63,816 bases of DNA, filler included, from Octopus bimaculoides (GCF_001194135.2; 5 parts of 4 records of this genome joined end to end with filler, not necessarily neighbours in it), one strand, 5' to 3'. Shown: positions 50,700 through 63,149, counted from the first letter of the whole stretch. A program made the numbers and translations. The notes: generated from the letters alone by a model not told the origin.

Positions 50700-51400
50700 T
50701 TTATCATATATGACGCATGGACGCTAGGAAAATAAGTCTTCTGTATCATATATGACACACAAGACAGACAAATCAACGAAAATATATGACGCAAAAGACA
50801 GGTTAAATCAACAAAGATTTTGTCTTGATATTTTTGAGACGCAGAGGTTGTATTCACTTACAACCGCTATTTAACCTTCATTGCCACTGGCAAGCTCATT
50901 TTGTAATTTTTCCATTCTTTTAATCGTATTCTCAGCAAGCCTTTTCAATAATTCATGTTCTGAATCTTTACGATCTGCCACCGATAATGATTTCTTGTAT
51001 TTAAAATGAGACTAATTCAGCCATGATTTATCATATATTTACAACGATCTTCATGTCTGGAAACTGTGCAGTCAAAATTCTCTTTATGTTATGACAGTGG
51101 ATAAGAATTGAAACTTATTTTGCAAAATCGACCATGAACCTAGGTTGAGAAAATTCTATAAAAAGACAAAATTGTATGGTTAAACAGGTCGCTCCCTTAC
51201 CACGGTATTCCAGATTCGATAACTCTACATGACAAAGGGATGTAGGCATCGGCGAAAACAAAAAATCAAAAGACACATACCTCACGAACGAAGTCCTTTG
51301 CCATATTAGTTCTGCTTCGAACTGCAAATATCTCCATTTCAATTGCACCATAAAGAATTCAGTAAGCTTGTGACTGGTTTGTTGAAAACCTGTAATCAAT
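50700..51400 (-). mobile_element. Decayed hAT (Charlie/SPIN-like) transposase fragment
   Basis: Minus-strand IHC..HKEN..TA, MKIVVNMINH and KDSEHELL (50946-50969) resemble hAT HC.IHRE.L, VVK.VN.I and DSEH..LL motifs; frameshifted. Confidence 0.5.
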
Positions 51401-51422
51401 CAACTAATTGCGATATAAAATA

Positions 51423-51467
<45 letters not shown>

Positions 51468-51469
<2 letters not shown>

Positions 51470-51726
51470 TGAGACCCCCTTCGGTCATGGCTGACCATGG
51501 GATTGCATACTGGTCTCCTCTCTCCACGCCACCAGTGTTATCCAAGGGACAGGTAAAAGCCGATACAGCTTGGTACTTGTGACGTCGCAACTTATTTCTG
51601 CGGGAACTGGAGCAACGTGAAGTAAAGTGTCTTGCTCAAGAACACAACACACAGCCCGGTCCAGGAATCGAACTTACATCCTCATGATTGTGAGCCCGAC
51701 ACTCTAACTACTGAATACTGACATGC
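51468..51726 (-). mobile_element. tRNA-derived SINE family D with (TA)n tail
   Basis: Minus-strand head cagtagttagagtgtcgggctcacaatc...agttcgattcctggaccgggc, body ttcttgagcaagacacttta..ttgctccagt. Confidence 0.8.
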
Positions 51727-53429
51727 ATATGTGGGCGCCAACTCGACTTTGTGTTACCACTTTCTTATCACTGACACGTGCCTATAACATGTTTATTAAT
51801 TTTTTCATGCATACATACATACATACATACATACATACGTATATATATGTCTATATGTGTTTATCATGAGGCTTGTCAGTGTCATGCACTTGTACGTCAC
51901 CTGCATAAACGAAATTCATTTCTTGACGTATAGGAAACAATGAATAGAAGCATTCCCACTTATTGCGGATGTTCTCCAGGGGGGTACAAAATTCGACGTA
52001 CTCAACTGCAACAGCATAAAGCTGAAATCGCCATCTGCGTATCATATTAAATGTACACACACCATTGAAGGGCAACCAGGATAATGAACTCCTAAATTTA
52101 AGTATATAGAGAAAGAAATCATTTCACTTCCACATTTCATTCCTACCATTTTCCTAAAGATGAGTGGATCAAATGCACTCGGGCGCACACTATTGTGAAG
52201 ATGAAAAGAAGGCTTTTCAAACTCGTAGAATGGGACACAGCTATGATTTTGCAAACATGGTCGAGTTCAAACGTTATAGTTCTTTCATTAAATATTATCT
52301 TTAATATTTGGCTTATTTGTATCGTTAAAACTAAATATTGGGAAGATAATTCATTCATCTTTGAGGAAAAGGTTAATAGCCGAAAAATCATAATCGGATA
52401 CATATATGTATGTATATATATATATTTATATATGCATATGTATATATATATATNNNNNNNNNNNNNNNNNNNNNNNNNNNNNNNNNNNNNNNNNNNNNNN
52501 NNNNNNNNNNNNNNNNNNNNNNNNNNNNNNNNNNNNNNNNNNNNNNNNNNNNNNNNNNNNNNNNNNNNNNNNNNNNNNNNNNNNNNNNNNNNNNNNNNNN
52601 NNNNNNNNNNNNNNNNNNNNNNNNNNNNNNNNNNNNNNNNNNNNNNNNNNNNNNNNNNNNNNNNNNNNNNNNNNNNNNNNNNNNNNNNNNNNNNNNNNNN
52701 NNNNNNNNNNNNNNNNNNNNNNNNNNNNNNNNNNNNNNNNNNNNNNNNNNNNNNNNNNNNNNNNNNNNNNNNNNNNNNNNNNNNNNNNNNNNNNNNNNNN
52801 NNNNNNNNNNNNNNNNNNNNNNNNNNNNNNNNNNNNNNNNNNNNNNNNNNNNNNNNNNNNNNNNNNNNNNNNNNNNNNNNNNNNNNNNNNNNNNNNNNNN
52901 NNNNNNNNNNNNNNNNNNNNNNNNNNNNNNNNNNNNNNNNNNNNNNNNNNNNNNNNNNNNNNNNNNNNNNNNNNNNNNNNNNNNNNNNNNNNNNNNNNNN
53001 NNNNNNNNNNNNNNNNNNNNNNNNNNNNNNNNNNNNNNNNNNNNNNNNNNNNNNNNNNNNNNNNNNNNNNNNNNNNNNNNNNNNNNNNNNNNNNNNNNNN
53101 NNNNNNNNNNNNNNNNNNNNNNNNNNNNNNNNNNNNNNNNNNNNNNNNNNNNNNNNNNNNNNNNNNNNNNNNNNNNNNNNNNNNNNNNNNNNNNNNNNNN
53201 NNNNNNNNNNNNNNNNNNNNNNNNNNNNNNNNNNNNNNNNNNNNNNNNNNNNNNNNNNNNNNNNNNNNNNNNNNNNNNNNNNNNNNNNNNNNNNNNNNNN
53301 NNNNNNNNNNNNNNNNNNNNNNNNNNNNNNNNNNNNNNNNNNNNNNNNNNNNNNNNNNNNNNNNNNNNNNNNNNNAAAAACAAAAGGATAAAGAGAGCAA
53401 AGGTAAGGTTGAAGAATTTTATGGATAGA

Positions 53430-53478
53430 GTCTTACAGCTGTTTCTGGGAAGATCCAGTACTTCCCTTCATCGGAGAC
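53430..53478 (-). ncRNA. Minimal type I hammerhead ribozyme motif, U4C core variant
   Basis: GUCU-CCGAUGA-AGGGA-AGUACUGGAUCU-UCCCA-GAAA-CAGCUG-UA-AGAC; same family as 44958, with a different helix II loop. Confidence 0.7.
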
Positions 53479-53538
53479 AGAAAAAATAAAGTAATCTATT
53501 ATTATATCCATAGGCGGATTTTTTAGTATGAAGTGGTA

Positions 53539-54286
53539 AAGAGTGTGATGTGCTGAAAAAAGAGAGAACAGTACTTGAAGAGTAGTTTCATTCCAGTGGT
53601 AAATATCCGTGTAGAAATTCGTGCAGATTAATCCTTGTGTGAATAATCCGGAAATTTATGTTGGAACGAAAGTTGATATAGCTTAGGTGGCAGAGGTATA
53701 TATATTCCATCTTGCAATAGATTTTTGCTTGTTTACTTGAAGGATGTCCAAGCCTTATCCCTTTCCACCGTCTATAAATAGGCTTGGCAGCATCCATAAA
53801 TATGATACTACTAACTACCTTTCCCACCCATCCCTCTCCTTTATCTCTGTCCTTCGTTTATCACTCATACCCCCACCACCTATATACTACACACACGCAT
53901 TCTTGCCTACTCACTCAAATTTTTAACCTCATCCCCCTATTCCTCCTTCACTCTATATGCTCTTCCCCTCTACCCTATTAAAACCAACTGACCATAAATA
54001 TATCGCTACCATCCTCCGCCTCTATATCTTCTCTATCCCCTTCCAAATTCTATCGTCTTGACTTGACCTAAATACCGCTAACTTTTCACTTGGCTTGGAC
54101 ATCCTTCAAGTAAACAAGCAAAAATCTATTGCAAGATGGAATATATATACCTCTGCCACCTAAGCTATATCAACTTTCGTTCCAACATAAATTTCCGGAT
54201 TATTCACACAAGGATTAATCTGCACGAATTTCTACACGGATATTTACCACTGGAATGAAACTACTCTTCAAGCACATCACACTCTT
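53539..54286. repeat. Inverted repeat with 181-bp apparently identical arms and a 337-bp spacer
   Basis: 53574-53754 is the reverse complement of 54092-54272; a further 16-bp match (53539-53554) follows a 20-bp indel. Confidence 0.92.
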
Positions 54287-54453
54287 NNNNNNNNNNNNNN
54301 NNNNNNNNNNNNNNNNNNNNNNNNNNNNNNTTAATTAATTAANNNNNNNNNNNNNNNNNNNNNNNNNNNNNNNNNNNNNNNNNNNNTTTATCCACAAAAT
54401 ATATTTATAAAATAGGGTGCGTCTTATGCGAGAGTGCTGGTAAATATGGAGTA

Positions 54454-54489
<36 letters not shown>

Positions 54490-54494
54490 TGCAT

Positions 54495-54535
<41 letters not shown>

Positions 54536-54797
54536 TGCGTTCGTGTATGTATGTATGAGTGTGTGTATGTATGTATGCTTTTGTACACTAAGGTAAATCC
54601 GTGTATCGATTTGTGTTCCTTTACACCAAGAAGGTAAACCTTAGCCATTACAGTATAAGACTAAATAAATTCTTGAGATCGATATGATCAACTGAAACCG
54701 TCAAAAGTGGTGCTCCAGCATGTCCGTGATTCAATCACTGAATTCAGTAAAAAATAAATGCGTAAAATACTATTAAAATGCTTTGTTATTGTTTCAG

Positions 54798-55003
54798 GTT
54801 CAATTCCCACTTCCAGATGTGCTAATTTGAACATATCTCAGTTATACGACTATGGCTACGAGAGCAATGACACTCACGACGTAGTGTACGGAAAATGTCA
54901 GATAGAAATATTCAGTCGGAGCAGTAACAGTTCGAACCACACGTTAGCATGTATAAACGGATATACTTACGAAGAAGGAAAACATCAATCTTTTGTATCG
55001 GAG
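54798..55003 (+). CDS. SLC22-family transporter internal exon (large extracellular loop)
   Basis: tttcag|G-SIPTSRCANLNISQLYDYGYESNDTHDVVYGKCQIEIFSRSSNSSNHTLACINGYTYEEGKHQSFVSE|gtaagc. Phase 1 to 0; three loop Cys and four N-glycosylation sequons. Confidence 0.92.
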
Positions 55004-57334
55004 GTAAGCAATTTAAACATCATTACTTAGAACGTTTTTTTTTTTAACTCTTTGAATGCGGAAATCCTCTCAAAATCTTAATAGCCCTTAACTGCGGAAA
55101 ACGGGATTACCCACGGCTTTGAAAAATTCCTCTCCGCATGCTGCGAGAAGTAGAGACACTCTTGGTGACGCTTTTTATAAAGGTCAATTTCTCAGATTTT
55201 CCTTAAATTTTTTTCACGTAATTCTTCAATTATCTCTTTCCAGAGCAAGAATATGAAAACCACATGTACAGGAGATACTGATAGTGTTGGAGACCTAGAA
55301 AATATAATTTCTATTATTATTTGTGTGTGTGTGTGGATGAACAATATCATTAAGATATGACCAAGAAATTTGATAACAGTGAAAGGTTAACGGCTCAATG
55401 AAAGAAGCAAGAACAGCGTCCTTAACTCTATTCAGGGGTCACTGAGAGTGGTAGGATGAAATTATCCTCAGAATGGTTATCTGGTTCACATGCTTGCAAC
55501 GGAGGGGCCCCGCTAAAACGACGCAAATTTCTCCTTCTTTAACAATTAAGAGATAAGTCTTCAAGAAATGACCTTTACCTTAGTCTGCTGTTATCTTATA
55601 TTATCCCCAACGCCCTTATTTCTTAAGGTTGGCGAGACATTTGTTTCAGCGCTCTACGATTTGAGTTCAAATCCCGTTGCGGCCAACTTTGTAATTTCCA
55701 TCCTTTTGGGGTCGATAAGCAAGTACTAACCCTAGAACTGGTTTGAGCGTCGGACGGGTTACGCTGTGGGATTCGTTTCAGACCTTTCCGTTCTGATAGC
55801 GACGCCTGCGACCACGCTGGAGCTTAAACTACACCAGGTCTAAGACTACGGTCTTTCCCTTGGATAAACAGCGGTGTCATGAAGAGCAGGGGACTTGCAT
55901 CTATGAGCTACTACCGAGGCTTCTAAATAAAAATCCCGCTCTGGCCAGTGCATACGTGTGAAGGTGCATCATCACTTATGATCGACGGGTGCCCCAAATG
56001 GGTTTAACGTTGAAGTGACAGATTAAACATGTTGAATTAAAATAGTCTAAATGATTGGTTTCTCCTTTGTAAGTTCGAATCCCGAAGAGGGCGATAAAAA
56101 TAAGTGCAAGTTTATAGCCATGATAAATTCAATAGACTATGCAAGAGATTACGAAACGATGTGCCGCAACACATTAATATGTCGGCGATAATCACTTGAT
56201 GTGCCACAAAATTAAGTAAAATCTGATGACTGTCATACCATACGAGTAAGGCCACGTGATACGATAGTCACTTGTTTCTTCTCTTCACTTCTTCACGGAA
56301 TCATAATAGTGCCGCCACGAGATACAAAGTGTTTTGCGTACATAAACGCAGACGATTTGTTCCCGAGAAGGGGGAGGAGGAGGAGTGGAGGAAGAGAGGG
56401 AGTTGGGGAGTAGGGAATAGTTTTAATTGTTTATTTGCTAATTTCTTTACTTTGGGGTCGCCAAGAAAACTTAATGCATCAGGAAAATTTGTTTTTAAAA
56501 AGCGGATCACTAATGGGAAAAGTCTGGAATGTCTGGGGCTATATAATCTTTCGTGACAAATTCATTATTTTCAACGAATTTTAGAAAATCCTGTTTTGTT
56601 ACACAAAATCTCCAGTGATACAAGCTAAACGATAATTGATTGTCGACCCACCATTATCTTACTACTGAGGTTGCTAAATGTTTGACGATCTTGTATTTTT
56701 AAACATAATATATCTTATTGTGAGTATACATGAACATTTGAGACTTAAAGTCGAAAAAGTGGGCAATGTTATATAAGCATCATGGTTGACTTGAAATACC
56801 TAAACGAAAGCAGTATTATTTACAATCGAGAAGAAAAAAGAATACTAATAGATCGGTTTCAAATTTCAAATCTTGGTCAGTAATTTTAAGGCGATGGCGT
56901 AAGTCGATTACATTGAACTCTTAGCTTTTATCTCACAAAATGTCTTGCTTAATGAACGAGAATTTGTTATTTGTGAGAATAACTTAGAATTTAATACTGC
57001 TTCCTAGATCGCCCTAGATAGTGCATTTGAACTTCGATGTATCAATATACAAAGCAGAAACCTCATGATTGTATCAGTGGAGGTTAGATTACGGTACCTG
57101 AACCTCATGCGATATTAGGTGACAGATAAATTTGTACATAGAAATAGCCTTTAAAATAGGATCTAATGTAATACATCTGAAAACAATATAACTTCTGAGA
57201 TAAAAACATTGTTAAAATGACACCTCGACATGAACAGTTGGACTTATATATAACTAAATATAGAATTGGTGAGAAATCCTCATAATACGCATTTCATGAC
57301 ACACAAAAATTAATAATAAAGGATTCAAATACTT

Positions 57335-57569
57335 GTTATTTCTTTATTGCCCACATGGGGCTAAACATAGAGGGAACAAACAAGGACAGACAAAGGGATT
57401 AAGTCAATTACATCGACCCAAGTGCATAACTGGTACTTAATTTATCGACCCCGAAAGGATGAAAGGCAAAATCGACCTCTTCAGATTTTGAACTCAGAAC
57501 GTAAATACAGATAAAATACCGCTAAGCATTTCACCCGGTGTGCTAACGTTTCTGCCAGCTCGCCTCCTT
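57335..57569 (-). mobile_element. Intronic SINE family C
   Basis: ttatttctttattgcccac...tgccagctcgcctcctt. Confidence 0.9.
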
Positions 57570-58227
57570 AGTTGAAAGTAATATTATCGTATTTTAGAAG
57601 AACCCCATTATTGAATGTTATAACACAATCACCGGCTTCTGTTTGTCTATAATAACTATCTATCTATCTATCTATCTCTCTCCCTGCTTCTCTCTTTGTA
57701 GCCTATAACGTTTTTCGAGTAATATCGGTTTTTCTATGCTAATGGCACAGTGATTAGCGTGTTGAGCTCACAAATAAAACGTAACCTACTTAACCCACTA
57801 TTTTGTTGTTTTTACATCAATCGACCCCCTTTTGGCCACCCAGTTATCGCTCCACTTTTCTTCAGCGCCTCCTTGGAACTTTCCACCGCCCCCAGGGATG
57901 TGGTGGTATCACCCACTTTGGAAACCACTGTTCTAACCATGTCTATTGAACCTCTTAATGCAAAGAAACCTCTCGACTTAGAAACACTCCTTCAACTCCG
58001 AGTCATGTACTCTGTCGAGTAACATTACTCCTGGAACCCCTCGCAGGAACCCCATTTCTGTTGTTTTGTATTCACGATCGTACTCGTTCAGTCTTTACCC
58101 AAAATATAACAAAATATGAAAAATACTCTCCACCACCAAAAAAAGAAAAAAGAAAAGACATTTCTCTACATTGTAAAACATAACAATTTTGCACTTTATT
58201 GATTTTGTTGTTTTTGTTCATTTTCAG

Positions 58228-58458
58228 TGGGATCTCGTATGCGACAAAGCCGGATTATCTGAGCTCACTCAAACATTATTCTCAGTTGGTGGCTTGATTG
58301 GAGCGCTGACCCTGCCTCACTTTTCTGATACAAAAGGAAGGAAGCCAGTATTAGTCATCAACAATATCTTACTTTTTATCTTCTCGTTCTCGTCGAGCTT
58401 TTCTCCGAATTACTATTTCTTCATAGTTTTTCGTGTGGTGGAAGGAATCCTCATGCAG
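58228..58458 (+). CDS. SLC22-family transporter internal exon (TM2-TM4)
   Basis: ttttcag|WDLVCDKAGLSELTQTLFSVGGLIGALTLPHFSDTKGRKPVLVINNILLFIFSFSSSFSPNYYFFIVFRVVEGILMQ|gtaaga. 231 bp, phase 0-0; SE|WDLVC and SD..GRKP signatures. Confidence 0.96.
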
Positions 58459-58470
58459 GTAAGATCTCAA

Positions 58471-58514
<44 letters not shown>

Positions 58515-58620
58515 GTATATATATCCATATATACACATACGTATATAAGGAAATAATTTTATTCTCAAATGCAAGATAATGCTAACAATATAGCATGAAC
58601 AGGGTAAACTACCCATATTT

Positions 58621-58727
58621 TTCAGTCCCACTGCGTGGAACCTTGGGCAAGTGTCTTCTACTATAGCCACGGGCCGACCAAAGCCTTGTGAGTGGATTTG
58701 GTAGACGGAAACTGAAAGAAGCTTATC

Positions 58728-58781
<54 letters not shown>

Positions 58782-59116
58782 TTGCCCCCCCCCACATCGC
58801 TTGACAACCAATGCTGGTGTGTTTACGTTCCCATATCTTAGCGGTTCGACAAAGGAGACTAATAGAATAAGTACTAGGCGTACGAAGAATAAGTTCTGAG
58901 GTCGATTCGATCGACTAAAGACGATGCCCCAGCATGACCATAGTCAAATGACTTGAAACAAGTAAAAGAATAAAAGGATATATAAGAGAGCGATAGAATA
59001 AGTACCAAACTTTAAAAAAGTAAGTACTGAGATCGATTTGGTCGGCTAAAACCCGCCAAGACGATGCCCCAGGATGACCGCAGTCGTCTGACTGACACAA
59101 GTCGAAGATAAAAGAA
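58621..59116 (+). mobile_element. Intronic SINE family A with a duplicated 3' tail
   Basis: Body 58621-58980, then a second diverged copy of gatagaataagtac...gataaaaga at ~58985-59116. Confidence 0.85.
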
Positions 59117-60630
59117 GATTTCTTTAATAAAGACACATTAATATTTAAGTGTATAATTATAAATATATAATTACAATTCAGGGCGCTGGAGGGACAACGC
59201 CAAAACGCTAGAAATAGATGTCAAATGTCTACAAACCACTCTAAATTCGTGCTCCCTTTTTGCACAAGTCTGAATACCAGGAAATGGACAAGAAAATTCA
59301 TAAAATTTCGGACAACTCTCTATCTTAAGATTCTGTGTTTTGCAATAAAAATGACTTGAGAGTCTTCGGTAGAAATATACCGACAATATATAAGTGAAAA
59401 ATATATACACATACCGATAAATACTTGCGTACAGATACCAATATATACATACATTTCCCAATTTAGTTTCCTCTGAAAACAGACCGCATGATTAAATCCC
59501 GGGGTGGCCCCTTGTCAGCCAGGTCTCGTCTGATCTTGTGTACGTTTTCCATACATTGTATGACTACTTTCTCTTCGAAGCTAAGAGAAAGCAAGCGTGG
59601 CCTGACGAGACTTTAATAACCACCGAAACTAGTCGATTCAATCTTTCATCTTGGTTTCTGAGATTCCTGTGTTTCAACCACGACGTCTGTGTTCACAATG
59701 AGGCAAAATTAATATTCATGTAACATGTGGTTTCAACATGGAAAGAATCAATAAAATGTTGAGCGTGCGTGCGTGCGTGCGTGTGTGGTGTGGTGCGGTG
59801 TGTGCACTTAAAACATTCCAGCCGAGAATAACGTTTTTGAAATTAAAATACTTTATATTAGGTAAATTTGAAATAATTTATTTTATTTATTATGAGAATC
59901 TAAAAAAACAAGTAAATCTTTAAAAACATGGTACAAAAAGAATCAAAAATAAATTTAAACAAAAAAATTTTTTAATCATATTTTTTGAAATATACAATTA
60001 AAATAGTCGTTTTATAACGATAAAATATAAGTTGTAAATAATGTTGCACAAAGTTTTTTTTTTTTTTACTTGAATTGAAATCCCATTAGAAAAAAGAAAG
60101 ATTGATTTCAGTAGAATGGTTATTAAATGGTTTCAAAACAAACATATGTTCAATCAATTCTTTCACATAAAAAAAATTTTAATCTGACAAATAAATCATA
60201 TGTAAAATTTATCAGTTAGCATTAATAACAGTAGAATTAGTCTAATTCGACTTTCGCTAATTTGTCACTTCACCTAATTCGTCACTTTCAATTTTCTCCA
60301 AAGGATGACTAATTAGCCGAATTCTACTGTAGTTTTCAAAATTAATTTTATTTTATTTCATTCTTAAAATCTTGCCTTTTCCAAAAATTAGCCCATGGGC
60401 TTAAATACAGGCTTGAATAATTTTGCTTGGGGCTATACATGAAAAGAGTTTCTGAATATAAGCCCTTCGGCTTAAAATCGAATGGGCTTATTTTTGGAAA
60501 AGACCAGTAATTTTTTTAATAATTTTTATTTTAATAAAATATAGTAAATTTTTAAAATGATATTCTCGGCTGCAATATTTGAAGTACAGTAGAATTTTAA
60601 TTTTATATACCCGTGTTCCTATTCTGACAG

Positions 60631-60833
60631 GGCCTTGCTGTATCAACTTACACTCTTATGTTGGAGCTGTATCCAGTTTCGAGTCGTACACTGATGAGTG
60701 GTTTGAGTGGTGTCACCTGGGGCCTGTCTGTCTTGCCCATTGCACCCGTTGCCTATCTGCTTCGTAACTACAGTTGGAAAATCAATAATATCGTCTTTTC
60801 ATGCAGCCACGTCGTAGCACTCTTCCAGTTGTG
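60631..60833 (+). CDS. SLC22-family transporter internal exon (TM4-TM6); not in the ORF track
   Basis: ttctgacag|GLAVSTYTLMLELYPVSSRTLMSGLSGVTWGLSVLPIAPVAYLLRNYSWKINNIVFSCSHVVALFQL-W(tg)|gtaaga. Phase 0 to 2, in frame with the previous exon; EL.P..R and LR..SW motifs. Confidence 0.92.
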
Positions 60834-60894
60834 GTAAGATTGTTACGCTTTTCTTTCCAGAATCAATTACCGCAGCAACAAAAAAAAAAAATCA

Positions 60895-61123
60895 CCACCA
60901 TCGCCTCCATAATCGCCATTCTCTTCTTCCACCATCACCACAATCACCATCATCACCAACACAATCCTCCAACGCCACTTTTCACAACCACCACAATCAA
61001 CCCAACCACCACCACCATCATCACCATGATCATCATCACCATCATTATCATCACCATCATTATTATCATCATCATCATCAACATCACCAACATTTTCATC
61101 ATCATCATCATCATCCTCATCAC
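60895..61123. repeat. (CAT)n/(CAC)n low-complexity array
   Basis: Direct reading. Confidence 0.9.
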
Positions 61124-61223
61124 NNNNNNNNNNNNNNNNNNNNNNNNNNNNNNNNNNNNNNNNNNNNTTAATTAATTAANNNNNNNNNNNNNNNNNNNNN
61201 NNNNNNNNNNNNNNNNNNNNNNN

Positions 61224-61383
61224 ATATACACGACAGGCTTCTTCAGCTTCCGTCCACCGAATCCACTCACAAGGCTTTAGTCAGCCCGAGGCTACTGTAG
61301 AAGACATGTGGTGGAGTTGTCACGCTGTGAGACTGAACCTAGAACCATGTGGTTTGGAAGTGAACTTATTAACACCCGGCCAC
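61224..61383 (-). mobile_element. SINE family A head fragment
   Basis: aatccactcacaaggctt...gactgaacctagaaccatgtgg. Confidence 0.8.
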
Positions 61384-61759
61384 CCCTAGTTTTATAATAT
61401 TTTTTTTTTCTTTTTCTTTTTCTGTATAAGTTACTTTTGTGCTTTGCAATCTCTCGGTATAGTCTTTGTAGACTAGACAGATACTTAACTAAATTACCAA
61501 TAAAGATAAAAACAATGCCCCAAAGCATTATGTTACTAGAAGTGTTAGGATATTAAGTGTTAAATATCTAAGTTAAGCGCCAAATAAAATAAGTGCAAAT
61601 AGCTTTAGGTCCTGAAATATTCGTTAATTCGCTTTTAGATACCGTAGAAGTGAGAAAAGAAATTAAAAGTATAAGTTATAAAAGCAATCAATGCCACCAC
61701 TTACAACAAGAGCATCGACAATAATGATAATAATCCTTTCTGTAATAATAATAATCTCG

Positions 61760-62750
61760 TCAAATTTTAGGTCTTGTGCCTGAAATTTGACGAGAGGGGA
61801 CTATTCGATTACATCGACACCCAATGTTTCACTGGTACTTAATTTATCGACCCCGAAAGGATGAAAGGTAAAGTCGACCTCGACGGAATTTGAACTCAGA
61901 ACGTAAAGACGGACGAAATGCTGCTAAGCATTTTGACTGACTTGCTAACGATGTTGGTAGCTCACCGCCTTAACAACAATAATATTGATTTCAAATTTTG
62001 ACAGCAGGCCAGCAATTTCTGAGAAGGGTGTAAGTCGATTGCATCAACCCCAGTGATCAACTGCTACTTATCGACTCTGAAAAAGGCACTGTCCGAAAAA
62101 GGCATAAAAAGCATAGTCGACCTCAGTGGAATTTGAATTCAAAATGTAAAGCCTGACGAAATGTCTCTAAGCATTTTGCCCGACATGTTAGCCATTCTGC
62201 CAGATCGTCGCCTTAGCAACAGTGATAATCAATGACGATAATTTTAATTTAAGCACAAAGCCAGCAATTTTGGTGAAAGGGATTAGTTGGTAACAACGAG
62301 TCTAGTATATGACTGGTGGAGGCGCAATGGCCCAGTGGTTAAGGCAGCGGACTCGCGGTCATAGGATCGCGGCTTCGATTCCAAGACCGGTCGTTGTGAG
62401 TGTTTATTGAGCGAAAACACCTAAAACTCCACGAGGCTCCAGCAGAGGATGGTGGTGAACCCTGCTGTACTCTTCCACTACAATTTTCCCTCACTCTTAC
62501 TTCCTGTTTCTGTTGTGCCTGTAATTCAAAGGGTTAGCCTTGTCACACTGTGTCACGCTGAATATCCCCCGAGAACTACGTTAAGGGTACACGTGTCTGT
62601 GGAGTGCTCAGCCACTTGCACAATCATTTCACGAGTAGGCTGTTCCGTTGATCGAATCAACTGGAACCCTCGACGTCGTAAGCAACGGAGTACCAACAAC
62701 AACAACAGTATATGACTGATACTTCATTTCATCGATCTCGAAGGAGATCG
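61760..62750 (-). mobile_element. Cluster of three SINE C copies, the third interrupted by a SINE B
   Basis: Copies at ~61760-61972, 61985-62215 and 62245-62315 plus 62719-62750. Confidence 0.8.
62316..62706 (+). mobile_element. Full-length SINE family B with 12-bp TSD
   Basis: TSD agtatatgactg at 62304-62315 and 62707-62718; (CAA)n tail. Confidence 0.95.
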
Positions 62751-63149
62751 ATAACAGTATATTCGAATGTAATCATGTATTTTTTTCCTCGAGTGCAGAA
62801 AGACTCTGAAACTTGAAAAGTACTCCATGTCCCATGTTGTGTTTGAAACAAATATATGCAGCCTTTGTTTTAATGAAATGCAGTTCATCTCTTTGCAGCA
62901 AACAAAATATTTCAATTGAATTTGAAATATAAATGTGACCTGTAAGCTTTGTCACTTTGAAACTTATTCAAGCTATCTGACGTGAAAAAACATCTTTACT
63001 TTCAAAGAATTCTCAAGCTTTCTCAAAAAGGGTATAAAAAAAGGAATTGAGACAAGAGGCTTTTAACGACCAGGAAAATTCAGTGGGGAATAACAAGTGA
63101 TTAAAGTTTTCATGTTTTGTTCGGTACAGCTGTTCGAACAATATGCCAC

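Noticed and set aside
51940-52085. Possible SLC22 first exon (PSAYHI, PGGYKI fragments)
   Set aside because: The motifs are in different frames, the PSAYHI frame has no ATG after an upstream stop, and no GT donor follows.
782-53489. Long ORFs of 200-500 aa in the ORF track
   Set aside because: They are open only because they run through N gaps or dinucleotide microsatellites.
57748-57930. hAT-like MITE ending ccactttggaaaccactg
   Set aside because: The left TIR is weak and there is no 8-bp TSD.
60228-60331. 11-bp inverted repeat acagtagaatt/aattctactgt
   Set aside because: Possibly a tiny Tigger-like MITE, but the left TA TSD is absent and no second complete copy is visible.
16101-62706. 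tRNA-like A/B boxes in SINE heads as tRNA genes
   Set aside because: No complete cloverleaf; each continues into a repeated SINE body with a tail and TSD.
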